From Octopus vulgaris (lineage: Eukaryota): a stretch of 64,000 nt of DNA. The translations under genes and the position numbers were made by a program. The notes under the pieces were generated by a model, which worked only from the letters and a program-made list of their open reading frames with translations, made no database searches and was not told where the DNA came from. Below are positions 13,899 to 27,290 of this stretch, piece after piece. The first letter of the stretch is position 1. Each line of letters begins with the position of its first letter. Location: positions 30,876,001-30,940,000 of the forward strand of contig OX597823.1 in assembly GCA_951406725.2 (NCBI GenBank), read 5' to 3'.

Positions 13899-13900
<2 letters not shown>
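13414..13900 (+). mobile_element. SINE family B, full length
   Basis: Head, internal (TA)/(TG) tract and 3' body all present. Confidence 0.9.
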
Positions 13901-13949
<49 letters not shown>

Positions 13950-14247
13950 CATGTATGTATAGTAACATACAATAAGATTTGATAATAATATATTAATAAT
14001 ATATTAATATGTTAGGATATATTAAATACATTATAATATAGGTGATTATAGCATTTAAAATCAAAACGGTAAGATTAATAAACGAAGGCGCAAAATAACA
14101 CCTACAATTGCTAGAAACGAGAGCCAAAATTTAGTTCGAACAACCACACAAAAGCCCTAACCTCATGAAATATTTGGGACTGCGAGCAGCAAGCCACGAC
14201 ATATTTTGTTGGCGAGATACACACTCAGAATGAAGTAGTTTGATAAA

Positions 14248-14307
14248 ACCTTATCACGTGATTTCGAAATTTGATCAATATAAACAAACTTGATTCTCGT
14301 CAGAGAT
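14248..14307 (-). ncRNA. Minimal hammerhead ribozyme motif
   Basis: Reverse strand: AUCU-CUGACGA-GAA...UUC-GAAA-UCACGUGA-UA-AGGU; helix III region is the palindrome AUCACGUGAU. Confidence 0.75.
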
Positions 14308-14486
14308 TTCTACAATTTGAAATATATTCCTTTATGTACACTGATTTGTTCTGCTTTTTTTATGTTTAACCCTACAGTCTCTTATGTGGTGGCTTAATAA
14401 AGTATGTGATTGAGTATTATCTGGTAATTGATATTTGATTTAAATGTATTTCTCCATTTTCTTATCTTGTCTAATATAAATAATAT

Positions 14487-14550
<64 letters not shown>

Positions 14551-14594
14551 TATATACATATATGCACATACCTACACATATATATGTATATATA

Positions 14595-15118
14595 CATGCA
14601 TCTATGGGTACAGGAAATAAGAAAACAAAATCATGGAAAACGAACTTATTTTGAACAACGAAAGAAACAAATAGAGAAACGAGACAGGCAACATAAAGAA
14701 CAATCCCTTCATCAGTTGTCCCCTGTTTTATCTACTCCGTGTTCCGAACGTTGGGATAAGACGCGACTTCGTTAAAACAGTCCTTCCTGGAAAGCAAACT
14801 AAATAAAATTTGGGATTTGCGGAGGGTTAAAGTGGTAACAAAAGCAGGACAGTAAGAACAAAACAGTAAAAATAAACGGTAAGGGTTGTTAAGCCATAAC
14901 GAGGTGAAGTGGTTAACGCTGGAGAGACGAGCTTAACAGGAGACAGGCAGATATGTATACCTGCGTCCTTCACTAAATTACCATTAGTGTCTAAGAGGCA
15001 AAGTCTCGGTCTATTGCATGTCTTCGGCACGGTAGAAGCCCACAGCAGGGTTTCACTGTATCGGGAGATTTTGCGCAAAAGATGATCATTCTCGATATTG
15101 AGTTGGTAAGTACAGTCA
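14595..15118 (-). mobile_element. Dispersed repeat, probable PLE-type terminal repeat plus body fragment
   Basis: 14600-14815 is homologous in the opposite orientation to 50665-50835; contains CTGATGA on the element strand. Confidence 0.5.
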
Positions 15119-15383
15119 TACACACGTTCACACACACACACACACACGCACGCGCACACATTTCTGTGTGTGCGGATGTGCGTAATGTGTGTATGTTTGT
15201 ACATGTTTATATACACACATTCATATATATATACACATATTAACATGTATAATATATTTAAGCGAATATGTATATGTATATAATGTATTCAATGAAACAC
15301 TGTTGATTGAAGACTTACTATGTCTGTCTGGCTGCCTATCTATAAAAACATATATAGTTACATACATACATACATACATACAT

Positions 15384-15733
15384 GGTGGCTGCCCCCTCGT
15401 TATCGAGTATGGCCATTGCACGAAGCTTAATGTTGTTATCGTGCAATGCCTGTGCAAGAAGATTTTTTTCAAAGTGAAGAAAGGCTGTGCACAGAGTCAA
15501 TCCCACTCACTAAGCAACAGCAGCCAGAATCCGAAAAGAAGAACAAGTCAACATCATCGGTAACCACTGAGCCGCAGGTTTTATGCCGGAGTTATCCCAG
15601 TTACCTGAGTTACCTTCTCCTAGAAGGATGCCCTAACAAAGGCTAGGAGTCCTTCACTCCCAATGGTTTAACCGCACGATCGGGTATTCAGTTCGATTAT
15701 TTCTATGTCCCCGCGCATGATACAGCCTTAAGA
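15384..15733 (-). mobile_element. Short non-autonomous RTE-like derivative (5'UTR-like part joined to 3' tail)
   Basis: Reverse strand has CCTAGCCTTTGTTAGGGCATCCTTCTAGGAGAAGGTAACTC (RTE 5'UTR-like) and ends CTCGATAACGAGGGGGCAGCCACC plus a microsatellite tail; assignment recalled, not searched. Confidence 0.45.
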
Positions 15734-16314
15734 CATACATACATACATACATACATACATACATACATACATACATACATACATACATACATCATACATA
15801 CATACATACATATACATGTGTGCGCACACAAATATACACTTAGATATATATAGACATACATATACGCATACATACAAATATTTATACACATACATTCATT
15901 CATATATATATATATGTATGTATGTTTGTATGTATGTATGTATGTATGTATATTATGTATGTATGTATGTATGTATATATATATACAAACACATACCTAC
16001 CTACCTACCTACCTACCTACCTACATACCTACCTACCTACCTACCTACCTACCTACCTACCTACCTACATACATACATACATACATACATACATACATAC
16101 ACACACATACATACATACATACATACATACATACATACATACATACATACATACCTACCTACCTACCTACATACATACATACATATATACATACATACAC
16201 ACACATACATACATACATACATACATACATACATACATACATACATACATACATACACACACATACATACATACATACATATATATTTATATATATATGT
16301 ATATACACACTCAC

Positions 16315-16367
<53 letters not shown>

Positions 16368-17019
16368 TTTATATACATACATATGATGTTTTAGCGTTGG
16401 CTCGCTGAACGCCATTTCGTTACAAAATTGATGAGAACTAAAATAAACCAATAACTATAAAATAAAAATCTATAAATTGTGTGATAATCATAGAAGCGTC
16501 CAATAATAAGCAATGCGGTGCGCAAGAGTTGAGCAAGTGCAACATATACGAGAGAATTTATGTGGCATGCTTAGGACTATAGGTCAGCGGATTTCTGGAT
16601 TTTCCGGTTTCCTGACCCAAGGCTAAATATATACTGAGTATCGTAATTATGTATTAATGATGATCTTTTCATTGTTTTTGAAATTATTTAACCAACACTA
16701 ACATGTAATTAATGATGAATACAAACATCAGTCGTTCGGCTTCTTCTATTTTATGATCGTCATCTAAGTTATGATTTTAATATGTCTACAGTCTACTCTT
16801 AAAACTAAGACAATGTTAGAATATAAAATACACAGCAAACAGTGATGACTAAATGTGCGTTGTGCACCGTTGCTGCTGTTTTGTATGCAAAAAGCAATAA
16901 AGAAAGCAAGCGGGTAATTAGAAATTAATTAGTAATTAATTTAAAAGTCATACTGGGATCCAACGTTGGGCAACGATAGCAACCTGTAAATATTAGAGGC
17001 CTTTAAGCCTGTGACTAAT

Positions 17020-17908
17020 AGCTATACAAAGAATGCTGAGGAATTACGAGAAAGTTAAAGAATTGGCAAACAAGCTTCATTCAAGCCAAACAACTGTTCG
17101 CTGCCATCTTCAACAGCTTGGAAAGGTCCCAAAACTCAGAAAATACGTATCTCACGATTTGTCCGAAGCCAATCGCAAATCCTGAGTGGACATCTGCTCT
17201 TCTCTTCATTCTCATGAACTCATATCGCTTTTTTTTTGGACAGCCTGGTAACTGGTGATGAAAAATAGGTCTTTTATCAAAATGTCAAGCGTCGTAGACA
17301 TTGGCTTGGTGAAGGGAAAAAGGTCCAACCGCAACCGAAAAGGGAACTCCATGCGAAGAAGGTTCTTCTCATTGCTTGGTAGGACTGCAAAGGAGTCATC
17401 CACTTATAGTTGCTATTAACTAATGCAACAATCAATGCTCAAATCTACTCTCAGTGATTAGAGAGTTTAAATGCTGCTTTGAAGAAAAAGAGCCCTGCTT
17501 TAGAGAATCGAAAGTGAGTGGTGTTTCATCAGGACAATGCAAGACCCTCACACGGCAAGGATCACGTCACAGAAGATCGAGGAACTTGGCTGGGAGAAAA
17601 TTGCTCATCCGCTTTATTCCCCAGAACTTGCTCCTCCAGATTACCATTTGTTCCGTAGTTTACAGAATTATTGGGATGGATTAACTCTCGAAACAACTGA
17701 GGAAGTCGAAACTGACCTTTCAGAGTTCTTCTCTTCGAAACCGAAACAGTTTTTCACTAATGAGATTAAAAAGTTTACGAGCAGATGGAAAGATCTCATA
17801 GATAATCATAGAAACTATATTGATGATCAAATCTCATTAAAATGTAAGATTTCATCACTTGTTTTCCTTATTTAAACTCTGGATATTACTTATGGGATGA
17901 CCTGATAG
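17020..17908 (+). mobile_element. Mariner (DD34D-type) transposon remnant
   Basis: Frameshifted transposase: YVSHDL (WVPHEL-like), VTGDEK, HQDNARPHT, HPLYSPELAPPDYHLFRSL; candidate 3' TIR TTACTTATGGGATGACCTGATA. Confidence 0.9.
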
Positions 17909-17909
17909 A

Positions 17910-18125
17910 TCCATAGAGCCAGTTTTCCTGATTCTGTGGCGTATATATTTTGACCTGGATGAGACGCTGGTCTGTCGCGGGATTCCTCATTTTTGCCAAC
18001 TGGGTTGAGAGGAGTAACGTGAAAGGAAATGCTTTGCTCAAGAACACAACACACCGCCCAGTCCAGGAATCGAAATCAAAGTGTTATGATCGTAAGTGCA
18101 ACACCATAACCATTAAGCCACACAC
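17910..18125 (-). mobile_element. Degenerate tRNA-derived SINE
   Basis: Reverse strand TGGCTTAATGGTTATGGTG...TTTCGATTCCTGGAC head followed by GTGTTCTTGAGCAAAGCA. Confidence 0.55.
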
Positions 18126-18699
18126 TATCACTTTTCGTATATTGATGTCAAATGATCTATTTTGTCGAATTTTTTTTTGTCAGTATTACTCGGAGGGATT
18201 ATTCAGACATTTATATAATGAAAACTTTATTTTGAAGACCGAAAGAAAAGATACAGAGACCTAGAACTGATAGCGAAAACTTCATGACATATCCTGGTTG
18301 GTTTGAAGGCTTCACGAATCTCTCAAAATTGCAATTGCATAACATACAGGAAATTGGTAAGTATACAAGTACTGGGAAAGAATCCACAGCTACATATCCA
18401 GTTTCACCAAAAAAATTATTGTTGACAAAGAAGGATAGGCACGGCATCAAATCTTTAACGCAAGCGAGGAAGCATGATCTGGGACTTATGTTTTAAAGAA
18501 GAAAATAAAACAACTCCAGGGTTCAAGGTTACGAAGACCATATGACTCTTAGTGGCTTCATCCTCTGTCACAAGATCAAGAAAAAAAAAAAGAGTTTTCT
18601 TTGCTTCAATTGCTTCCAGCAGATTAGCAGATCAGAGCAGACTCCTCCCCTTCTTTCCTTCAATTTGAGTTGTCAGCAGTCGATGTACATATTTTGCGT

Positions 18700-19560
18700 A
18701 CACTTTCCGATATCCAACGTCTTTCAGCATCTATAATACATTGTGATCACAGTCCAATTGCACAGCAAACTCACAGACTGTCATTCATCTGTCTGCGCAT
18801 ATTAGTTCGTCTGCTCACTGACAATTCCTGTCATTGGTCGCAATAAATGGTCTCCCACGGTGCAGTTTGTCTCCAAAGCTGATTTCTCTTCCTTCAAAGG
18901 TTTTCCTCCATTCGTGCACATTACTGCTGCCAGTAGAGTAATTTCCGTAGACAACCTGTAAGTCTTCTGTGGATGTCGGATAGTCTGTAACCCTACTTCG
19001 TCAAGACCTAAATGATGGCACGCTGCTTCTGCTTGGAACTCAGTATTTACGTGCAATATAAACGAACAGGAAGAAGACTTGCTATACAGGAAAAATTACT
19101 CTACTAACATGTACAATTTGAACGATCTATATTACTTAATAAAAATGTTATGCTTACTTTTGCAGTATATTCTGGATAGTCTTCATACGTATGAATGTAT
19201 GTATGTCTTCAGGGGTGTGATCCTTGCCCTACGAGACCCAAGACTTTATAGTTCTTTGCTATTTTTTGAATCAGCACCCTACACCTCTGTTGCAAGATTT
19301 AGCCACAAGGTGTTCTGCATTTTCCGCAGAGTACGCTGTGCATCAATCAGTATTATCTTGCTTAGACTCTTCGTTTAGTTGTCCTTTCTGTGCCCCTGAT
19401 AGATTTTTCTGCAAGAGGCGGTCGCTTATATTGTTCTTGGGGATAAGAATCTCGCTTATTGCTTGGTCATTTTCATCAAACCAGTCCCGAGATTTGATGG
19501 AAACTGTACCAACTACGTTCTTTGTGGCATTGTAGTTTTGATCACGCGTTCCCTTCCCTG
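18700..19560 (-). mobile_element. RTE-clade LINE fragments
   Basis: Translations SRDWFDENDQAISEIL and QRTLRKMQNTLW...ADSKNSKE (19215-19560); a C-terminal IGL-S-like motif near 18740-18770. Confidence 0.65.
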
Positions 19561-20675
19561 GTTTGGAATACGTTACTGTACTAAGTATGTCGACAGGAAG
19601 AAGGTTAAGGTATAGATTGTATGTGTTAGCTGGCTGGTTTCTTTTTTTTTTGAAAACTCCACCTTTTCTAAATTGTCACTTTGGCATTTACTGACAAAGA
19701 CACAAACACCAATTATTGGTGGTGTATGTTAATAAATGCTACTTCTGATAATCATTGATGATTTCTCCTGATAGCCTTACGCCCAAACTCAGTAAAAGAT
19801 GCATCTTAAAAACTGGTCTTCTTCTTCAAGACCAACTCATTACCTCAAACGCCGAACGATTGATGACCCGTTACGAAAATCACGCGAGATCCACAACAAA
19901 ATACTGTTTCTGTATTTAGAAAGATGTTATTGCAAACAAAAATAACTTGTACCACATTAAAAAGAAAGTCATTCGACTGTTCTCAAGAACAGACTTAACA
20001 AACTCACTCCAACACCTAATCCACAATCACTCCGACTCCATAATCTTCCTCTTCAACAATTATTACAACGGTTCCAACTCTTATGAGTAGAGGATGGTGT
20101 AATGACGGTGTCCAGATACCATCTTCATGGGTGGAACTGATATCTGAATACCACCTCCAAACATGCCTATTTCACTCATCCGGCACTCTTTCTTTTTCCC
20201 CCTACCTGCGTCTTCCTTCTTAAACCCCTAACGGCATGCCTTATTGTTTTTTTTTTTTTTTTACCAGAACTTCAAACCTTTAGAATTCCATTTCCGACCT
20301 GGTTTTCACTTGCAGGCGTCTCTCCACCATCAAAAATTCGATGAGGTCTATATTAACTCCCCCACCCCACCCACAAAATACAACCTGGTTTTATAAAGTA
20401 GCACAAATTTCTTCAGGCCTACGGTAAGAATCGAACTCATCATTATTTGTTAACACACTATTTTACATCCATACATTCCTACATTTATATCAGTTTTTGT
20501 TCTTGCTTTGAACGCGGAAGTGTCTGTGTTTTGGTGTTAATCTATTTACAGGCACAAAAAGCAGTTCTACTGAAATTTAAGTGATCTGGTAAATCCTAAT
20601 GGCGTAATGAAGTGCCGAGGAAATGTTACGAACAATCAACCTCTCGTACAGCCGCAGGCTGCCCTGTTCACTCAC

Positions 20676-20738
20676 CCACATACGCTTTTAGCTCAACAGC
20701 AGCATCATACATTGGCCAAATGCTCGACTTTGGTATTT
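20676..20738 (-). CDS. Candidate 63-nt internal coding exon of an unidentified host gene ([E]IPKSSIWPMYDAAVELKAYV[G])
   Basis: Pyrimidine tract with CTAAT branch-like motif and TAG acceptor; G|GTGAGT donor; length divisible by 3; only one frame open (phase 1-1); non-repetitive sequence. Confidence 0.5.
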
Positions 20739-21061
20739 CTAGTTGAAGCAGCATTAGAATGAAGAGAATTTCCTTGTCAAAGTGTGAGACTAAGTCGCTG
20801 ACATTAGGGTACACACACACACACACACGCATGCACACAAACACGTACACACACACACGTACACACACACAGACACACATACAAACAAACACGCACACAT
20901 ACATACATACACATGTGTGTGTGTGCGCGCGCTGCATAAAAGGAAGAGAGGGACAGTAAAAGAAGGCTGTGTTGAATTGCATTGTAGTATAGGTTGATGA
21001 CTGGAATAACGAACAAGAAGACACAGAAGTTTGACATCGTAGTTTGACTTCGTAGAAATAA

Positions 21062-21420
21062 GAAACGTTAGCACAGCGGACAAAATGCTTAGAGGAATTT
21101 CGTCCGGCTTTTAGTTCCAAGTTCAAATTCCGTCAAGACCAACTTTACCGCTCATCCTTCCCGGGTTGATAAATTAGTACCAATTGATTAGGAGGGGGTA
21201 CGATGTAATTGACTTACCCCGTTCCCAATAGCTTGCTGCCCTTGGGCCAAAATTTGAAAGCGTTATTATAATTATGTTGAAGGTGGCAAACTCCGTTGAG
21301 GTCGATTTTGTCTTTCATCCTTCCGGGGCTTGATAAAATAAGCACCAGTTAAGCGCCGGGGTCGATGCAGTTCCCCTTCCTCTCAAAATTTCAGGCCTTG
21401 TGCTCTGTTATAGAAAGCAA
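21062..21420 (+). mobile_element. Two degenerate partial SINE family A copies
   Basis: GAAACGTTAGCAC...AGTTCAAATTCCG and CTTTCATCCTTCCGGGG...GATAAA motifs. Confidence 0.65.
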
Positions 21421-22077
21421 TTATTAATATTATTATTAGGCTGCTGTTCGGAAAATAGAATTTGCTGGAAGGTCTTTAGTTTAGATCATTTTAAAACATT
21501 GAATTTATACCAGAAATGTAGGGACCGCAATGTGCCAAATGGGTAAAATAAAAGGGGGTAATAATAATAATAACAACAACAACAATTGAAATACTAATAA
21601 CAATAACAAAATAAAGAATAACGTCTATACAGCCACCAGTGGAATATTCTGGAAGAAGTGAAAGAACGAAATGTTTTTTTAAAAAATAAAACAAACAAAT
21701 GAGAAAAAAAAAAACGAAATAAAGGAAAGGAATTTTGTAGGCGTTGAAAAAGATATTTCCTAATGTTTGGTTAACTCGGAGGAATAAAGAATGACTTTGT
21801 TGATATTGTCACAGAGTTTTTACTCCATTTTGTTAGAATTAGGGTGGAGTTGGGGGGAAGAAAATGGTGGTTCGGAATTCGGAAAGTGGTTTGGATGTCT
21901 GTGGCGGTAGAATGGCAATGTGGTGTGTGCGTGTTACGATGTTGCGAAGGCGGCTGCGACCTGGTGGCGGTGGTGGTGGTGGTTGGATGGTGGTAGGTGG
22001 GTGGTTGCAGTGAGGTGAAAACAACTGTTCTATTTCTTTTCCCTTCTGTGCGCGCGCCCGCCCGTGCATATATACAA

Positions 22078-22173
<96 letters not shown>

Positions 22174-22415
22174 GTACGCACGTACATGCATACATGTGTG
22201 TGTGTGAGTGTGTATTTGTGTGTGTGTGTGTATGTGTAATTACATTCATATATATATACATATATATATACACACATAAGTACTTACACAGACGCACATG
22301 TCTGTAGATGGAGAATGACGGAGACGGAGAAGGCAGACAAGGAACATTAGAAGGAGGAAGAAGGAAACGCGTGTTGGTAAATGATACGATTTGTGCGGGG
22401 GTGTATGAATGTGAG

Positions 22416-22515
<100 letters not shown>

Positions 22516-22861
22516 TGTGTGTGTGTGCAAGGGGGGTGCGTTTGTGCATGCATCTATATAGGTGTATGTGTATATGTGTATGAACGAGAATGCGCATATA
22601 GATATGTGTCAATGTGTATGTGTATGTGTGTATGTATGTGTGTATGGGTGCGTGTGTGTGTTTAGCTGTCAGTCAATTAGCCGATCGTCAATACATACAT
22701 GACCATCGCAAGTGAGTCGCAACCACACGCACCACACACACGCACAAACATACACAACTAAATGGAAGCGTAACGTTTGGGTTTTACTTTATTCCCCATA
22801 TTTCATTTCAATTACTTGACTGTTGTTAAATCAGAAACACACACACACACACACACACGCA

Positions 22862-22902
<41 letters not shown>

Positions 22903-22919
22903 TGTCAACATATATATAT

Positions 22920-23856
22920 GTTTGTCAACAGCTTCGTTTGACAACCGATGTTGGTGTGTTCGCGTCCCCTAACATTAACATTAACTGTTGGGTAAAAAGG
23001 AACCGATAGAAAGAGTACTAGGCTTACAATGTATAAGTCCTGGGGTTGATTTGTTCGACTAAAGGTGGTGCTCCAGCACGACCGCAGTGAAATAACTAAA
23101 AGAAGTAAAAGAAAAAGAAAAGAATAAAAGAATATATGTATATATAAAAATGGAATTTACAAAAATGCAAAACAAAAGACGAAGGCGGGTGTGTAGACAA
23201 CAAACGGATGTATTAGAACGCTCGGGAGGGTCAGAAAGTCAGTTATGTTTCCTGCCTGCACTCTTCGACAAAAAGGAACACTGAAACAAACAGAAAGGTT
23301 TAGAAAGGTTTAGAAAGGTTTAGTGGCTAGCGATCAACTCTTCGACAAAAAGGAACACTGAAACAAACAGAAAGGTTTAGAAAGGTTTAGAAAGGTTTAG
23401 TGGCTAGCGATCAATATATATATATATATATATATATATTGATCGCTAGCCACTAAACCTTTCTAAACCTTTCTAAACCTTTCTGTTTGTTTCAGTGTTC
23501 CTTTTTGTCGAAGAGTGCAGGCAGGAAACATAACTGACTTTCTGACCCTCCCGAGCGTTCTAATACATCCGTTTGTTGTCTACACACCCGCCTTCGTCTT
23601 TTGTTTTGCATTTTTGTAAATTCCATTTTTATATATACATATATTCTTTTATTCTTTTCTTTTTCTTTTACTTCTTTTAGTTATTTCACTGCGGTCGTGC
23701 TGGAGCACCACCTTTAGTCGAACAAATCAACCCCAGGACTTATACATTGTAAGCCTAGTACTCTTTCTATCGGTTCCTTTTTACCCAACAGTTAATGTTA
23801 ATGTTAGGGGACGCGAACACACCAACATCGGTTGTCAAACGAAGCTGTTGACAAAC
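22920..23856. repeat. Near-perfect palindrome (about 420-bp arms) centred on (AT)n at 23414-23439
   Basis: The arms contain a SINE B 3' half and an H1 element; the left arm alone has an extra tandem copy of about 77 bp (23260-23414). Confidence 0.9.
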
Positions 23857-23899
23857 ACAGACACACAAACACATACACACACATACATATATATATGCA

Positions 23900-23957
<58 letters not shown>

Positions 23958-24100
23958 CATACGACGAGCTTCTTGCAGTTTCCGTCTATCCAATCCACTC
24001 AAAAGTCTTTGATTGGCTCGCGGCTATAGTAGAAGACACTCACTCAATGTGCCATGCAGTAGGACTGAACCTGGAACTATGTGGTTGGTAAGCAAGCTAT
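23655..24100 (-). mobile_element. SINE family B
   Basis: Both halves present around an internal microsatellite. Confidence 0.8.
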
Positions 24101-24229
24101 TTATAAAGCACGATTTATTCGTGATAAGAGGGGTTCATAAACCGAGGTACTGCTGTATGTGTATATGTATATATATATATATATATATAAATATATATGG
24201 GAAAGTATTGCCATTCATCAGTATTATTC

Positions 24230-24628
24230 TTTTCTACTCTAGGCACAAGGCCCGAAATTTTGGGGGAGGGTACTAGTAGAATAGATTGATCCCAGTACAC
24301 AAGTGGTACTTAATCAATCGACCCCGAAAAGATGAAAGGCAAAATCGATCACCACGGAAATTGAACTCAGAACCGAAAGACAGACGAAATACTTATTTCT
24401 TTACTACCCACAAGGGGCTAAACACAGAGTGGACAAACAAGGACAGACAAAGGGATTAAGTTGATTACATCGACCCCAGTGCTTAACTGGTACTTAATTC
24501 ATCGACCCCTAAAGGATGAAAGGCAAAATCGATCTCGGCGGAATTTGAACTCTGAACGCAGCGGCGGACGAAATACCACAAAGCATTTTGCCCGGCGCGC
24601 TAACGTTTCTGCCAGCTCCTCGCGCCTT
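24230..24628 (-). mobile_element. SINE family A, tandem composite (full unit plus partial second unit)
   Basis: Two successive central domains. Confidence 0.85.
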
Positions 24629-24857
24629 AATTCGTCAGTATTATTAACCAAAATACAATACAAAGAGAGATGCGAACCTTATACATACCACTATGCCAAT
24701 CTGAATAGTTAGGTTATCATCGGAGAATTGAATGAGGATGTAAGAGAGTAAGAGAGAGAGTAGTGTGATGCTTAGGAGAAAGGCAGGACTTCGGGGCAAC
24801 GACTCATTCAATATGTATAATAGCAGTCGGGGCAACGACTCATTCAATATGTATAAA

Positions 24858-25250
24858 AGGCGGCGAGCTGGCAGAACCGTTAGCACGCCGGGCGAAATGC
24901 GTAGCCGTATTTCGTCTGCCGTTACGTTCTGAGTTCAAATTCCGCCGAGATCGACTTTGCCTTTTATCCTTTCGGGGTCGATAAATTAAGTACCAGTTAC
25001 GCACTGGGGCCGATGTAATCGACTTAATCCGTTTGTCTGTCCTTGTTTGTCCCCTCTATGTTTAGCCCCTTGTTGGTAATAAAGAAACAGGCATTTCGTC
25101 TGTCTCAACGTTCTGAGTTCAAATTCCGTGGAGATCGACCCTACCTTTCATCCTTTTGGGGTCGATAAATTAAGTACCAGTTGCGTTTTGCGGTTGATCT
25201 AATCGACTGGCACCCTCCCCAAAAATGTCGTGCCTTATTCCCAGAGAAGA
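24858..25250 (+). mobile_element. SINE family A, tandem composite
   Basis: Intact head AGGCGGCGAGCTGGCAGAA; the second unit restarts at ATTTCGTCTGTC. Confidence 0.9.
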
Positions 25251-25965
25251 AAAAGAATATGTATAATAGCTGTAATACAGTAGATCAGAATGAAAAAAAG
25301 AGAGGTAAAACGATTTATGAAAATGGTAATTATTTGTCTTTAACCGACCGGAGAAGCTTCCCTCTAAATCCTTACCACGCCAACTGCACCCCCCCATGGA
25401 TCCTACTCAACAAGGACCTAAAGGTGAAGAGATTGGATGAATATTATGAGAGGGGAGATCTATTGTGAAAGGTCAGACAGTCGGTGTAATAACGAAATGA
25501 GGAAGGGATCGAATGTGGTGTGACTTAGGGAGGTGGCGGAAAACATTGGGATATAACCAGAAATAACAGAATAGGGGCTGAAGAAGATTTCCGTCTACAT
25601 ATACTGCGATGATGCGATTTATCTGGAAGTTTCCCATTCAAGAAATGAGAAAATGATGTAAAAAATGATATGAGACTTACATGTTAAACATTGTGGGAAA
25701 CCATCAAAATGGTATCAAAATGGTATCAAGTGTAAAATTGCTTTTCATGAAAGTTTTCGAGGTCGAGTGGTCATTACTGAATGAGTTTTGTAAAGGATGC
25801 CTCCTGTAGATTTGGAGCCTTTATTGATGGTAATTGAGATGAGAGAAAGACAGAAAAGCAAAGAGAGAAAGAAATCGGTGAGGAGCGAGAGAGAAGAAAG
25901 AGAGAAAGACAGAACGAGAGAGAGAGTGTGAAATACTGAAACTGATGAAGGTGGTAACGTTTTAA

Positions 25966-26395
25966 CCCATTAAGTCCCAGAGTATTTAAATTTCTGAATA
26001 TTACTTTTAAATTTTTACAGATGATTGAAAATAGGTTAAATTTAAAAAAAAAATTGAGAGTCAAAACTATTGAAAAGGTTGCAAGACGCAACGAAAATTT
26101 TAGGAAAATAAAAATAAGAATAAGTGGAAATTTTACCGGTGAGTGTGTTAAATTATAAGGCACAAAAAGAAAATTACTCTCCCCAGACACAACAGAATAT
26201 GCTTCAACACACGAACTCATATAAAGAATCTTGCAAACCAAATCCAAAAACGAAATAAGAATTATTTAACTCCTTTACTTCAAGTAGAAAAGGAAATACT
26301 CGGTGTCCTATAAATAGGACACTGAGACAATGTGATATAGCTAATTTAATGTTCTCATTTAGTGTCCTAATTATAGGACAGTGGGGCTTAATAGG
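25966..26395. mobile_element. piggyBac-type MITE
   Basis: TTAA on both flanks; imperfect TIRs CCCATTAAGTCCCA / TGGGGCTTAATAGG. Confidence 0.75.
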
Positions 26396-26799
26396 TTAAA
26401 TAAACTATTTCTATCACCTTTGTAATGTGAGAGCGATAGATTTGAAGAAATAGGGAAGTTTCTTTCTTGGAAATGGGACGCATTGCAGTGTATCTCAAAA
26501 ACTAGAATAAATTCATGTTGACCACGAACCGTTTGCTTATGATAAGGGATAGTTCTGGAGTGCATACATGCATATATACAAATCTGCACATATACATACA
26601 TACACACATGCATGCATTTATATATACGTGCACACACACACACACACGCACACATAATTACATACACACAAGCACATGTATGTATATGAAGAATGACAGA
26701 AAACTGAGAAGGCAGACAAGGAACATTAGAAGCAGGAAGAAGGAAACGCGTGTTCGTAAGTTGTACGATTTGTGCGGGGGTGTATGAATGTGAAAGTTA

Positions 26800-27290
26800 G
26801 TATAGATCCTCTCTCGCTCCACTCCCAAATTCATCGGAACTCGAAGATTCCTATGCGATTTTGAGAGTGATAAGGGATCTTACAGGTTGCGTGATGAACT
26901 AAATTTAGCACATTTGGGGAGGAAGATTCATAAAAAAATGAACTTGGTCCCATGAAGAACGTTAAGGGACTTGCCTAAGAGAATAGTTTCTGTCCTCTGC
27001 TAAGCCGTCTCATATAAGTCTGGATGGAAATACATTGGCTGTTAAGGGCAAACGGTATGAAAGTGGTGGAGCTTTGACAGAAGGTCCCTCGTAGGTTGTT
27101 GTGTTAAAGAAAGTGTCTTGCTTCGATTTAGGCACTGATCACACAGTCCAGTGGCGCGAGGACAGTGATAACTGTGATGGGAAGTGAGAAAGAGATAAGG
27201 ATGTTGGGTATGTTGGCATTATCTGTCGGGATACAAGCAGGCGCGCTGAGATCGGAAATTACTCTGCAGTTAATAAACTACAGCAGTCAA
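26800..27290 (-). mobile_element. Highly decayed retroelement fragment, possibly PLE linker/GIY-YIG
   Basis: Weak residual translation NFRSQR...HCPRATGLCDQC...TANV; many stops and frameshifts. Confidence 0.3.

Noticed and set aside
24791-24857. CRISPR-like direct repeats
   Set aside because: Only two units with a 6-bp gap, eukaryotic context, no cas genes.
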